A stretch of 40,866 nucleotides of DNA from an uncultured Lachnospiraceae bacterium (GTDB taxonomy: Bacteria > Bacillota > Clostridia > Oscillospirales > CAG-272): assembly GCA_964586965.1 (NCBI GenBank), contig CAZPJU010000002.1:1-40866 (forward strand), written 5' to 3'. The translations under genes were made by a program, and so were the position numbers. The notes under the pieces are model-generated. The model was given only the letters and a program-made list of their open reading frames with translations. It did no database searches and had not been told where the DNA came from. Shown here in pieces: positions 1 through 9,579 of the stretch (position 1 is its first letter; each line of letters begins with the position of its first letter).

Positions 1-2
1 CC

Positions 3-875
3 GGAGCAGGGCAGCACGGTGTCGCGCTTGCGACTGCGGCGGCTTATTTCGGACTCGAATGTGATATCTATATGGGAGAGGTCGATATAGCGAAGCAGGC
101 ACCGAATGTGTCGCGCATGAAACTGCTCGGAGCGAATGTTATCCCCGTTACAGTCGGGCAACGAACGTTGAAAGAAGCGGTAGATGCCGCCTTTGATGCT
201 TATTCTAAGGAATACGACCGTGCGATATACTGCATCGGTTCTACCCTCGGACCGCATCCGTTTCCCAAAATGGTGCGCGATTTTCAGTCTGTTGTCGGAA
301 TTGAAGCAAGAGAACAGTTTCTTGATATGACAGGTCATTATCCGGATGCGATCACGGCGTGCGTCGGCGGAGGAAGCAACGCGGCGGGATTCTTTGTCCC
401 GTTTTTGGATGCCCCTGTCGAGATCTACGGCGCTGAGCCGCTTGGCAAAGGTCCCGAAGCAGGGCAACACGCGGCCTCACTTGCTTACGGTACACCCGGC
501 AGACTGCACGGATTCGAAAGCTATGTTTTGCAGGACGAAAACGGCGAGCCGTTGCCCGTTTATTCGGTTGCAAGCGGACTCGATTATCCCGGAATCGGTC
601 CTGAACACGCGTTTTTGCATGATATCGGACGTGTGGAGTATGTAACGGTGGATGACGAAGCAGCGCTCGAAGCGTTCTATCTGCTGTCGAGATTTGAGGG
701 AATAATCCCTGCAATAGAGAGTTCTCATGCGGTAGCGTACGGAATCAGATACGCGAAAGAGCATAATACGGGAAGTATTCTTGTTAATGTTTCAGGCAGA
801 GGCGACAAGGACATGGATTATGTCCTCGAAACTTACGGTACAGGCGAAAAATATATTGAAAAATATCTAAAATAA
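3..875 (+). CDS. trpB: Tryptophan synthase beta chain, 5'-truncated by the window edge
   Basis: The frame is open from position 3 ([25 protein letters not shown]...), upstream of the ATG at 72 given in the track. It carries TrpB-type motifs [19 protein letters not shown] and [11 protein letters not shown]. The stop is at 873-875. Confidence 0.9.
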   Translation, partial: GAGQHGVALATAAAYFGLECDIYMGEVDIAKQAPNVSRMKLLGANVIPVTVGQRTLKEAVDAAFDAYSKEYDRAIYCIGSTLGPHPFPKMVRDFQSVVGIEAREQFLDMTGHYPDAITACVGGGSNAAGFFVPFLDAPVEIYGAEPLGKGPEAGQHAASLAYGTPGRLHGFESYVLQDENGEPLPVYSVASGLDYPGIGPEHAFLHDIGRVEYVTVDDEAALEAFYLLSRFEGIIPAIESSHAVAYGIRYAKEHNTGSILVNVSGRGDKDMDYVLETYGTGEKYIEKYLK

Positions 876-880
876 AGCCG

Positions 881-917
881 AAACGGTGCAGCCATTTGGA
901 CTGCACCGTTTTTTTGA
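881..917. terminator. Intrinsic terminator between the convergent trpB and acyltransferase genes
   Basis: Stem aaacggtgcag (881-891) pairs with ctgcaccgttt (901-911) and is followed by a T-run to about 917. The A-rich 5' flank could give weaker minus-strand function. Confidence 0.7.
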
Positions 918-968
918 CGATTTTTTATTTTAGGAAAACTATTTTTAGTCAACCGCATTTTGAAAAAG

Positions 969-2237
969 TTATCTCGCTTTTACGGAAAGCTTGTAAAGCT
1001 CCTCCGAAGCAAGACGCATTTTTGTTACGATACCGCTTTTTCCTTTCGGAAAACAGCAAAATTGCTTTTTTTGTGAGCCGATAGATATCATGTCACCGAT
1101 TTCGTACCAGAAAAAATCCGCGTTCAAGCTGTATGATGACGAGATCGGATGATTATAATCGAGTTTGCCGTCAAACCCGGTCAAACGGAACCCGTCCGCA
1201 TTGTGAACGAGATTCCCTGTCCCGACATGATAAAGCGCCTTTGAGTCAACAAGCATATATAAATCAACGTCAAGATCAAAACCGTAACTTCCGGATTCGA
1301 TCTCGGAACGGACACACTCGCGCTGCCAGAAAAACCAATCGGGAATGTGTGAAAAACGAACATCTCCATCGTCGGACTTGAGTGAACCGTACTCGTCAAG
1401 CGTGTACGACTTGCCGCACATCGCACATTTAATTTCCGTGCCATGGGATATCATCTCCCCCTCCGATGAGCAGTGCGGACATTTGTACAATATGCGTGAC
1501 AGTCCCTCTGCACGGAATTTTTCTTTGATTCGAATCCTGTTTTTCTGTTGCCAACGAAATTCGTCAAACGAAAACTGTTCTCTAATCGCGGAATTGAGTT
1601 CGTCAACGTTTGCACGCGCGATATCGTTCGGAGAGAAAAGATATCTTACCTCTGCGGAAACTTTTACTTTGCGTAAGCGCAGTCCGTTATAGAGCGGATC
1701 TCGCGCGAACGCTCCCTTGGTGCGGATCATAACGACAGGTACTTTCAAAAGTTTCAGGCATTGTGCCAGACTGTCGGGAAGAACCGTTGAAGTTCCGTCG
1801 AAACTGTATCCCGCCTCCGGATACATTAATACAGAGCATTTTTGCTTACGCAAAATGTGAACCATGTTGCGTACAAGATTTACATCCGTGACAAACTTTG
1901 TTGTCGGTGTACATCCGATTTGATGCATGAGCCAACGCTTGCCGACGAAAGCGTCAAGTGTGCTGACGATATTGTAGGGCTTGGGGTAAAGTATCTTTGA
2001 CGCTATTTTGAGGTCGAGAAAGCTCGAATGGTTCATAAGATAAAGACAAGGCTCGTCTTTTTTCAGTCTGTCCATGCCGAATTCGCTGTATGAAAAACGT
2101 GTGGCAATAAGATCCGGCATTGATGCTATCCGAACGAGAGTGCGGAATAAAATATTGGGTTTTTTCGGTTTCGGATGAGTGTATTCGGGCAGAGAATCGA
2201 CGAATTCAAAGCTTTTCTCAAGAGTCTTTATCTTCAT
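969..2237 (-). CDS. PlsC-family (lysophospholipid/glycerolipid) acyltransferase with a C-terminal CxxC...CxxC zinc-ribbon region
   Basis: HX4D acyltransferase motif (NHSSFLD) and a PEAGYS block resembling the FPEGTR motif. CPHCSS...CAMCGK lies in the C-terminal half. Confidence 0.65.
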   Translation of the reverse strand: MKIKTLEKSFEFVDSLPEYTHPKPKKPNILFRTLVRIASMPDLIATRFSYSEFGMDRLKKDEPCLYLMNHSSFLDLKIASKILYPKPYNIVSTLDAFVGKRWLMHQIGCTPTTKFVTDVNLVRNMVHILRKQKCSVLMYPEAGYSFDGTSTVLPDSLAQCLKLLKVPVVMIRTKGAFARDPLYNGLRLRKVKVSAEVRYLFSPNDIARANVDELNSAIREQFSFDEFRWQQKNRIRIKEKFRAEGLSRILYKCPHCSSEGEMISHGTEIKCAMCGKSYTLDEYGSLKSDDGDVRFSHIPDWFFWQRECVRSEIESGSYGFDLDVDLYMLVDSKALYHVGTGNLVHNADGFRLTGFDGKLDYNHPISSSYSLNADFFWYEIGDMISIGSQKKQFCCFPKGKSGIVTKMRLASEELYKLSVKAR

Positions 2238-2253
2238 GGTAAATTTCCTTTGT

Positions 2254-3333
2254 TCAGTCCGTCAGTTTTATTTGAGTGTTTGCGGCGGATGAGGTGGTGT
2301 CGCTTGCATAAGGGATGCCGAGATGCTCGTATGCCATTCTTGTTACAACTCGACCGCGCGGAGTGCGCGCCAAAAATCCGATCTGCAAAAGATACGGTTC
2401 GTAAACATCTTCAATGGTGACAGCTTCCTCACCGATTGTAGCGGAAAGTGTTTCAAGACCGACAGGGCCGCCGCCGTAAAAGCGTATCATTGATGAAAGA
2501 ATGCGTCTGTCCGTGTTGTCAAGACCGAGTTCGTCGATCTCAAGCATAGACAGTGCTTCGCGAGCAAGTTTTTCCGTTATCTCGCCGTCACCGCGAACCT
2601 GCGCATAGTCTCGAACTCGCTTCAAAAGACGGTTTGCGATACGTGGTGTGCCGCGCGAACGCGACGCGATCTCGTATGCGCTGTCGGGATCTATCTCGAT
2701 TCCGAGAATTCCGGCGCTGCGTGTTATGATTGCAGAAAGCTCATCAGGGGTGTAAAGCTCAAGACGGAGCATGACTCCGAATCTGTCGCGAAGCGGTGTG
2801 GTCATCTGACCTGCGCGCGTCGTCGCTCCGATGAGGGTGAACTTCGGCAATCCGAGATGGATACTGCGCGCCGCAGGCCCCTTGCCGATGATGATGTCGA
2901 TCGCGTAATCCTCCATCGCAGGGTACAAAATTTCCTCGATTTGGCGAGATAAACGGTGAATTTCATCTATAAACAGCACGTCGCCCTCGTTGAGATTTGT
3001 CAAAAGCGCAACGAGATCGCCCTGCTTTTCAATCGCAGGACCGCTTGTGATTCGGAAATTGACGCCCATTTCCGCGGCAATAATCGCTGCAAGCGTCGTC
3101 TTGCCGAGACCGGGAGGACCGTACAAAAGCACATGATCGAGCGGCTCGCCGCGAAGTTTGGCGGCGTCTATGTAAATGCCGAGCTCTTGCTTGGCTTTTA
3201 CCTGACCTGTGTATTCCGCAAGCGTTTTCGGACGCAGGGAATTTTCGCTTTCATTCACTTCGCCGATGAGATCCGCGTTTTGCAGGCTTGAATCGAGCAG
3301 TCGGTTTTCAAAATCAAAATCGTTTTCTATCAT
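2254..3333 (-). CDS. ruvB: Holliday junction branch migration ATPase RuvB
   Basis: [12 protein letters not shown], Walker [18 protein letters not shown] and a GATTRAG sensor region. It lies immediately downstream of ruvA. Confidence 0.95.
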   Translation of the reverse strand: MIENDFDFENRLLDSSLQNADLIGEVNESENSLRPKTLAEYTGQVKAKQELGIYIDAAKLRGEPLDHVLLYGPPGLGKTTLAAIIAAEMGVNFRITSGPAIEKQGDLVALLTNLNEGDVLFIDEIHRLSRQIEEILYPAMEDYAIDIIIGKGPAARSIHLGLPKFTLIGATTRAGQMTTPLRDRFGVMLRLELYTPDELSAIITRSAGILGIEIDPDSAYEIASRSRGTPRIANRLLKRVRDYAQVRGDGEITEKLAREALSMLEIDELGLDNTDRRILSSMIRFYGGGPVGLETLSATIGEEAVTIEDVYEPYLLQIGFLARTPRGRVVTRMAYEHLGIPYASDTTSSAANTQIKLTD

Positions 3334-3345
3334 TGAAAGACTCCT

Positions 3346-3954
3346 TTACATCAAACGTACAAGCGCGGCTTTGATAAGATCTTCTGTTGTCTTTTTGTCC
3401 GCATCGGGGACGTTCTTGAGTGCATTTTGCGCCTCTGCGCGAGAATATCCCAGCACGATGAGCGCGTCTTGTGCCTCGGAAAATGACGGTGCACGGGTTG
3501 CGACAGAAGCGTCAGAGCCGCCTTTTACATCTGCTCCGGCAGACGTAACAAGTTTACCCGAAAGCTCCAAAACTATGCGCTGCGCCGTCTTAGTGCCGAC
3601 GCCTGGCGCGCGAGAAATCATTTTCACATTTTGCGATGTTATTGCATCCGCCAATGCGGACGGCGACATAAGCGAAAGCACGGACATTGCCGCCTTAGGT
3701 CCGACACCGGAGATCGAGATCAAAAGCTTGAATATGTCAAGCTCCTCAAGCGAGTAAAAGCCGTAAAGATCAACGGCGTCATCTTTGACTGCCATATAAG
3801 TGTAAAGCTTTACGTCCGGGCAGTCGGAAACTATGGAGGGGAGGGAGGCGAGTGTCGTTGCACTGACGGTAAGCTTGTATCCAACGCCGCCGCATTCTAT
3901 GACGGCGGTGTTTTCGGCTACATAAGTCAGCTCGCCTTTCAAATAATAAAACAT
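3346..3954 (-). CDS. ruvA: Holliday junction DNA-binding protein RuvA
   Basis: N-terminus MFYYLKGEL...GGVGYKL, helix-hairpin-helix repeats (ISGVGPKAA, APGVGTKTAQRI), and adjacency to ruvB. Confidence 0.9.
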   Translation of the reverse strand: MFYYLKGELTYVAENTAVIECGGVGYKLTVSATTLASLPSIVSDCPDVKLYTYMAVKDDAVDLYGFYSLEELDIFKLLISISGVGPKAAMSVLSLMSPSALADAITSQNVKMISRAPGVGTKTAQRIVLELSGKLVTSAGADVKGGSDASVATRAPSFSEAQDALIVLGYSRAEAQNALKNVPDADKKTTEDLIKAALVRLM

Positions 3955-3993
3955 AAAAACCTCGTAAATGCCAAAAAACGGCAGCTTTAATTA

Positions 3994-6864
3994 TTAGTAT
4001 GAACGCTTCTTGCGGATGATAAAATCAACTGTGCAAACGCCAACGAACACGATAAGTCCGCCAAGGGAAATGAGCCTGCCGTAAATTACGCAGTCCGGGC
4101 GATATTCGATGGAAACGGTGTGCGTGCCCGGCTCGGCATAGAAGGAAATTGTCGCGCCGAGCGTTTCAATGAGCTTGACCTCCTCACCGTCAACCGAGAT
4201 CTGCCATCCCTCGTCGTAAGGGATCGTCGTGTATATCAGCTCGTCACCGACGCTGACGTCGATCGTGCCCTTGAAGCTGTCCTCGGTGTATTCCTCAATC
4301 TTAAATTCGGATTCGGAAAGAATTTCATAAGCGGAAGCAAGCGCGTCGGAATCAATGTTGTAAAAATATGTGGAGAGTGTGCCGACATAAAGTTTTTCGT
4401 TGTCAGTCAAGCGCAGAGATACGTTTATTTCTTCGCCTGTGGTGAAATAGCCGAGGTCAACGATTCGGCAAGTCTCGTTTCCGAAATATGTTGAGAGTTT
4501 CGTTCCGTTGACGTAAAGATCGCACTCTCTCGGCCAATTGCTGGGGAAGTAGCAGTAGATTGAGCCGTCGTTAACGGCTGTTATCGTATATTCTACCTTT
4601 CCCGTACGATCGGACGAATCCAAGGTGTAAACTTTGTGACCGGTTGCAAATGTAAGCGTAACACCGGTATAGGTTGTATCGGTGATCTCAATGGGGGAAA
4701 ATACTTTGATGTCCTCATCACTTCCCGTCATTATAGTGACGATGTCGTTCATTCTGTCAAACGGCGAGGTTTCGTCCTCCATTGAATATGAAAGAAGTTC
4801 GTTATTTACGCCGTAAGCGATGGAAAGCGCATACGGATTGCGATATGCGGAGATAACTTCGTATTTTTCGCCGGGATCGTATTCGTAGATTTTTTCGTAA
4901 AGCTCGGAAACGGAGTCGCTTTCTTCCGCCATAAGATATTTAACGCCCATCAGCATATCGAATACGGGAGTTCCGCCGAGATATTTGGACCAATGAGACT
5001 TGGATGAAAGACCGAGTTGACGCAGGAAAGTGATCGTGCTTTTGTTCAAGGTCGAGGTGGAGTTGGAGAGTCCTCTGAAACCAAGCGCGAGAGGGTCGTT
5101 TGTCTTTCTGTGGAAGGTCTTTTCCATGCGATAGAAGGAATCGTCACGCTCCTGAATCTCGTCTACGACGGGCTGAACTCGGTCAACGAACGTTCTGTAC
5201 GAAACGCGGCTCGAATAAACGACGTCGGAATCAAGCGCGACGAGATTCAAAAGTCCGCCCACAAAGCATTCGAGAACAACGACGGAAGCAATCGCGATCG
5301 AAACTCCGTTTTTTTCAATCGAACGTATGTGGAAGCGCATAAGAATGAGGTATACAACGAAAAACGCGAACGAAAGCCATACGGTTCCGTAGTCGTCGAT
5401 CCAATCGTAATCGTCAAAGGTTTGAAGAATGACCAAAATGAATGCCCATGCCGCAACGTCTGCAAAGATTATCTTGGCTTCGACCTCTTTTATGTGTATG
5501 AACGCGCAGTACGCGAAATATACCATGAAGAAGCACAAAATGAAACTGTAACGGTAGTTGAGCCAATTGGGGCGTTGGAATCCGTGCCAAACAAGGTCGA
5601 TCGTGGAGCTTGAGAAGCTGAACACGAAAAATATCGTAACGATGATCGCGGAAACCTTTTCACGGAACGGAATTTTTTTGATAATAAAATAAAGCGGAAG
5701 CAGGATCAACGTAAGCGTGCCGCAGTAAACGAACGGCAGTCCCTCCGGACGAACGGTGTCGTACGAGCCGATGAAAAGCTTCGATATGAGCTCAAGCAGA
5801 TCAAACTTTGCTTTGAAAGTAAAGTCGGGATCGGAGAAAGTTGTTTTTCCGAAAGTCAAAGCGTAGTAAGCGCTCCACAAAATGACCGCGGACATGGCAA
5901 TAACCATCGCGGAACAGCCGGCGATACGCAAAAACGACTTGCCGAAATGTGCGTCCTCGCCGCGAGGATTTCTTTCTTCGGGTGCGATCGTGAAATAGCA
6001 GACGAAAAAGTAAAAGAACACGAAAATGCAAGTCATATATCCAATATAGAAATTGGACATGACCGCAATCGTAAGCGAAATTACAAACAAACGGAATCTG
6101 CCGTATTTTATCAGACGTTCTATTCCCATAACGATGAAAGGCAGGAATATGAGGTTGTCGATCCACATCGTGTTGTGCTGCTGAACCACGGCGTATGCCG
6201 TCAGCGCGTACATAGTCGAGAAAATGACGACGGATATCTTGTTCAGATCTTTCTTTTTGGTCTTGTACTGAAGGAAAATGCCGAAGTTAAGTCCGCAAAG
6301 CCCCGTCTTGAGAAGAAACATGCAGAGCAGAGCCTCTGTGATCATTTCCTTGGGGAAAAGGCAAACGATATAGGAGAAAGGCGACGCCAAATAATACGCG
6401 TAAATGCCCATGAATTCACCGCCGAGAGCTCGTCCGAACGAGTAAAGAAAACTTCCTTCGCCGCAAACAATTTCACGAAGCTGCTCGAAATAGTAAACAT
6501 ACTGACCGTTAAGGTCAAGCACGAGTACGCTTTCCTTTCCGAACGGATATACGCCCATTGCGATGTAAATGAGCCACATGGTGAGCGCCGGAACAATAAA
6601 ACAAAGTCCGAGATAACGGTATTTTTTGAAGTTTTCTTTTGTGAATATAGCAGCCGGACCTCGTTTTTTCGGCTTTTCCGCTTCGAAAAAATCTTCGTCC
6701 GGCTCAATGAAATCGTAATCGTCGTCCGCTTGTGCGATGATGTCGATGATGTCATCGCCTGAAGCGTCAGCGTGAGAATTGACAGACTTTTCGCCAACCA
6801 ATTCAGCGATAACGGCTTGTATTTCCTCGTCTTGAGATGTAACGGTCTTTTTCTGTGTGTCCAT
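3994..6864 (-). CDS. YfhO-family polytopic membrane protein (putative glycosyl transferase) with an acidic N-terminal extension
   Basis: 956 aa. Many TM helices in the N-terminal two thirds, a large soluble C-terminal domain and a final TM plus basic tail (LIVFVGVCTVDFIIRKKRSY). This is the typical YfhO architecture. Confidence 0.7.
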   Translation of the reverse strand: MDTQKKTVTSQDEEIQAVIAELVGEKSVNSHADASGDDIIDIIAQADDDYDFIEPDEDFFEAEKPKKRGPAAIFTKENFKKYRYLGLCFIVPALTMWLIYIAMGVYPFGKESVLVLDLNGQYVYYFEQLREIVCGEGSFLYSFGRALGGEFMGIYAYYLASPFSYIVCLFPKEMITEALLCMFLLKTGLCGLNFGIFLQYKTKKKDLNKISVVIFSTMYALTAYAVVQQHNTMWIDNLIFLPFIVMGIERLIKYGRFRLFVISLTIAVMSNFYIGYMTCIFVFFYFFVCYFTIAPEERNPRGEDAHFGKSFLRIAGCSAMVIAMSAVILWSAYYALTFGKTTFSDPDFTFKAKFDLLELISKLFIGSYDTVRPEGLPFVYCGTLTLILLPLYFIIKKIPFREKVSAIIVTIFFVFSFSSSTIDLVWHGFQRPNWLNYRYSFILCFFMVYFAYCAFIHIKEVEAKIIFADVAAWAFILVILQTFDDYDWIDDYGTVWLSFAFFVVYLILMRFHIRSIEKNGVSIAIASVVVLECFVGGLLNLVALDSDVVYSSRVSYRTFVDRVQPVVDEIQERDDSFYRMEKTFHRKTNDPLALGFRGLSNSTSTLNKSTITFLRQLGLSSKSHWSKYLGGTPVFDMLMGVKYLMAEESDSVSELYEKIYEYDPGEKYEVISAYRNPYALSIAYGVNNELLSYSMEDETSPFDRMNDIVTIMTGSDEDIKVFSPIEITDTTYTGVTLTFATGHKVYTLDSSDRTGKVEYTITAVNDGSIYCYFPSNWPRECDLYVNGTKLSTYFGNETCRIVDLGYFTTGEEINVSLRLTDNEKLYVGTLSTYFYNIDSDALASAYEILSESEFKIEEYTEDSFKGTIDVSVGDELIYTTIPYDEGWQISVDGEEVKLIETLGATISFYAEPGTHTVSIEYRPDCVIYGRLISLGGLIVFVGVCTVDFIIRKKRSY

Positions 6865-6876
6865 AATGCATTCCTT

Positions 6877-7077
6877 TTATTTATCTGATGAAATGATCTT
6901 TTTTATTGATTTTTCAAGCTTTTCGCGCGGCAATGTCATGTCGCGTCCGCAACCCTTGCATATTATTCTGACATCGGAACCGATTCTTACGCATGAAAAC
7001 GAATTTGAACCGCAGGGGTGAGATTTTTTTAATTCAAGGGTGTCTCCCACTTTTATAACGGGGATTTTTATCGCCAT
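6877..7077 (-). CDS. DUF951 (YyzM-like) small zinc-ribbon protein
   Basis: 66 aa with GDTLELKKSHPCGSN...RIICKGCGRDMTLPREKLEKSIKK, matching the DUF951 pattern. AAGGAG RBS lies 7 nt upstream. Confidence 0.75.
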   Translation of the reverse strand: MAIKIPVIKVGDTLELKKSHPCGSNSFSCVRIGSDVRIICKGCGRDMTLPREKLEKSIKKIISSDK

Positions 7078-7115
7078 GATCCGGCTCCTTTCGCGACGAA
7101 AGTATATTCATAAAT

Positions 7116-7144
7116 ATTATAACACGAAATTTATTCCGTGTAAA
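7116..7144 (-). promoter_or_regulatory. Sigma-A-type promoter for the DUF951-yfhO-ruvAB operon
   Basis: The minus strand reads TTTACA-N17-TATAAT with an extended-10 TGt (tgttataat). Confidence 0.45.
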
Positions 7145-7200
7145 CGGCGGAAACGATAATTTACAAATCCGCAAACTTGTTAATATAGTCACAAATGTGC

Positions 7201-7229
7201 TTGATTTTATTTTTTGCGTGTGATATTAT
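7201..7229 (+). promoter_or_regulatory. Sigma-A-type promoter for the aspS leader
   Basis: TTGATT (7201-7206), 17-nt spacer, TATTAT (7224-7229). This leaves a leader of about 170 nt before aspS. Confidence 0.45.
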
Positions 7230-7278
7230 ATTACATTGGAAATGTAAAACCGAAAATAAGAAAAAGGAGGAACCGTTC

Positions 7279-7356
7279 GTGACGGCAAAAACACAGATCG
7301 TATACCGAGATATTGATATCGCGCGCCGACCGTACGGCGCCGGGAAAAGCCTTTGA
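7279..7356 (+). CDS. Candidate 25-codon upstream ORF in the aspS leader (MTAKTQIVYRDIDIARRPYGAGKSL)
   Basis: GTG start lies 8 nt after a GGAGG (7266-7270), in frame to TGA at 7354-7356. It is below the ORF-track size cutoff. No homology evidence is available. Confidence 0.25.
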   Translation: MTAKTQIVYRDIDIARRPYGAGKSL

Positions 7357-7404
7357 GCATACGGAAATCAAATAAAATATTAACGTTAGGAGTATATAAA
7401 TAAA

Positions 7405-9189
7405 ATGGCATTCTTAAAAGAAGACAAAAGAACACATTACGCAACGGAGCTTACCGTTGATGACATAGGTTCGCGCGTTACCGTTAACGGCTGGTGTGCA
7501 AAACAGAGAAATTTGGGAAGTCTCATTTTTATAGACTTGCGTGACCGTACAGGCATTATTCAGCTTGCTTTTGACGAAAATACATCCCGTGAAGTTTTCG
7601 AAACAGCGTCATCGGTACGTTCGGAATTTGTTATATCCGCATCGGGACTTGTGCGTTCTCGCGGAAGCGATGTCAACGCAAACCGCGCAACGGGCGCTAT
7701 CGAAATATACGTTGATTCTATCAAGATACTTTGCACCGCGGAGACAACTCCCTTTGAAATCGTTGACGATATCAACGTCAGAAACGAGCTTCGTATGCAG
7801 TATCGCTATCTCGATCTTCGCCGTCCTTCAATGATGGAGAATATCCTTATGCGCTCGAAGATCACTCGCTGCGTCCTTGACTATTATCACGATAACGGCT
7901 TTGCATATATCGAAACCCCGTGCCTCATCAGACCTACACCCGAAGGCGCACGCGACTATCTTGTTCCCAGCCGTGTCCATCCAGGTAATTTTTACGCGCT
8001 CCCGCAGTCCCCTCAGCTCTATAAGCAGCTTTTGATGTATGCCGGCTTTGACCGCTATATTCAGATCGCACGTTGCTTCCGCGATGAGGACTTGCGTGCT
8101 GACCGTCAGCCCGAATTTACGCAGATCGACCTTGAAATGTCATTCTCCGATGAGGACGACATCATGGATATGAACGAAGGATTCCTCCGCTATATGTTCC
8201 GCGAACTTTACGGAATGGATCTCGGTCCCAAGTTCCGCCGAATTACATATAAGGAAGCTATGGAACGCTACGGCTCCGATAAACCCGACCTTCGCTTTGG
8301 CTTTGAGCTTGTTAACCTTACGGAAACTCTTAAAAACTGTGAATTCAGAGTGTTCGCCGGTGCTATCGCAGCGGGCGGAAGCGTTCGCGCGATCAACGTA
8401 AAGGGCGGTGCTAAGTTTACACGTAAAGAAATCGACTCTCTCACCGAATTTGTTAAGTCGTATAAGGCAAAGGGTCTTGCTTGGGCAAAGATGACGAACG
8501 GCGAAGTTTCTTCTTCGTATAAAAAGTTCCTCACACCCGAAGAAAATGCGGCAATCGAAGAAAAAATGGGCTTTGAGGACGGCGACCTTATCCTGATTGT
8601 TGCGGATAAAAATTCCGTTGTATATGATTCACTCGGCGCACTTCGTCGCGAATGTGCAAAGAGACTCGGACTCCTCAACCCCAAGGAATTCTGTTTCCTT
8701 TGGGTAACCGAATTTCCGCTGTTTGAGTATGATGAGGAGGATGGACGCTACTATGCTAAGCATCACCCCTTCACCGCACCTATGCAGGAGGACCTCCCGC
8801 TTCTCGATACCGATCCCGGTGAAGTACGTTCCCGCGCATACGATATTGTTCTCAACGGCGTTGAGCTCGGCGGCGGTTCTATCCGTATATCTACTCCCGA
8901 AATGCAGATTTTGATGTTCGAAAAGCTCGGCATCGGAGAAGAAGAAGCAAATGCGAAGTTCGGCTTCCTTATGGAGGCGCTGAAGTACGGAATTCCTCCG
9001 CACGGCGGACTTGCTTTCGGTCTTGACAGACTTGTCGCACTTACTCTCGGATACGACGATATCAGAGATGTTATCGCTTTTCCGAAAGTTCAGAATGCAA
9101 GCGAGATCATGTCCAAGTGCCCCTCTGCGGCGGATCCAAAGAGCCTTGAAGAACTCGGATTGAAAGTTACCGTTACGGAAGAAGAATAA
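7405..9189 (+). CDS. aspS: Aspartate--tRNA ligase (bacterial type)
   Basis: 594 aa with KRTHYATELT, an OB-fold N-terminus, class II motifs (FRDEDLRADRQPEFTQID, GGGSIR, GLAFGLDRL) and the bacterial insertion domain. Confidence 0.95.
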   Translation: MAFLKEDKRTHYATELTVDDIGSRVTVNGWCAKQRNLGSLIFIDLRDRTGIIQLAFDENTSREVFETASSVRSEFVISASGLVRSRGSDVNANRATGAIEIYVDSIKILCTAETTPFEIVDDINVRNELRMQYRYLDLRRPSMMENILMRSKITRCVLDYYHDNGFAYIETPCLIRPTPEGARDYLVPSRVHPGNFYALPQSPQLYKQLLMYAGFDRYIQIARCFRDEDLRADRQPEFTQIDLEMSFSDEDDIMDMNEGFLRYMFRELYGMDLGPKFRRITYKEAMERYGSDKPDLRFGFELVNLTETLKNCEFRVFAGAIAAGGSVRAINVKGGAKFTRKEIDSLTEFVKSYKAKGLAWAKMTNGEVSSSYKKFLTPEENAAIEEKMGFEDGDLILIVADKNSVVYDSLGALRRECAKRLGLLNPKEFCFLWVTEFPLFEYDEEDGRYYAKHHPFTAPMQEDLPLLDTDPGEVRSRAYDIVLNGVELGGGSIRISTPEMQILMFEKLGIGEEEANAKFGFLMEALKYGIPPHGGLAFGLDRLVALTLGYDDIRDVIAFPKVQNASEIMSKCPSAADPKSLEELGLKVTVTEEE

Positions 9190-9246
9190 ATGCTGAATTT
9201 TAAGCGAAAAATCATTGTAAACGGTAATATTATTTCAAAATAACAC

Positions 9247-9276
9247 TTGACACACAACCCTCTGCGGTGGTATAAT
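9247..9276 (+). promoter_or_regulatory. Near-consensus sigma-A promoter for rpmG-secE-nusG-rplK-rplA
   Basis: TTGACA (9247-9252), 18-nt spacer, TATAAT (9271-9276), preceded by TGg (extended -10). Confidence 0.55.
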
Positions 9277-9306
9277 ACCATTACCTCTGCGGAGGGCTCT
9301 TTTTTT
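9258..9306 (+). terminator. Probable aspS intrinsic terminator
   Basis: Imperfect hairpin pairing 9258-9272 with 9282-9296 (ccctc/gaggg plus inner pairs), followed by ctcttttttt. Confidence 0.5.
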
Positions 9307-9411
9307 GACGCAAATTTTTAAAAGCGCAATGTCCTCGCCGCGCCACGGCTTGGGGAGCGTCCGCCCGAGGGAGGTACGATAAAAACAAAAATCAGGAGGT
9401 GCCGCTCAACT

Positions 9412-9561
9412 ATGAGAGTCAAAGTAACACTTGCTTGTTCTGAATGCAAGCAGCGCAATTACGACACGAAGAAGAACAAGAAAAACGATCCCGACAGACT
9501 TGAAATGAATAAGTATTGCCGCTTCTGCCGCAAGCACACTCTTCACAAGGAAACCAAGTAA
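9412..9561 (+). CDS. rpmG: 50S ribosomal protein L33 (Cys-containing zinc form). Not in the supplied ORF track.
   Basis: My translation is [49 protein letters not shown] (49 aa). A GGAGG lies upstream, and the gene sits directly before secE-nusG as in most bacteria. Confidence 0.9.
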   Translation: MRVKVTLACSECKQRNYDTKKNKKNDPDRLEMNKYCRFCRKHTLHKETK

Positions 9562-9579
9562 TCAGGAGCGAGTGAAGAA

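Noticed and set aside
7230-7404. An expected Asp T-box leader upstream of aspS.
   Set aside because: I could not find the conserved T-box 14-mer (GGUGGUACCGCG-like), an AGAGA/GNUGNGA stem I, or a terminator/antiterminator pair. The region is reported instead as an unexplained leader with a uORF.
9330-9372. A GC-rich segment (cctcgccgcgccacggcttggggagcgtccgcccgagg) in the rpmG leader, a possible structured r-protein leader.
   Set aside because: Only the outer cctcg/cgagg pairing is clear and I could not fold a convincing inner helix by hand. It needs a covariance or folding computation before any claim.
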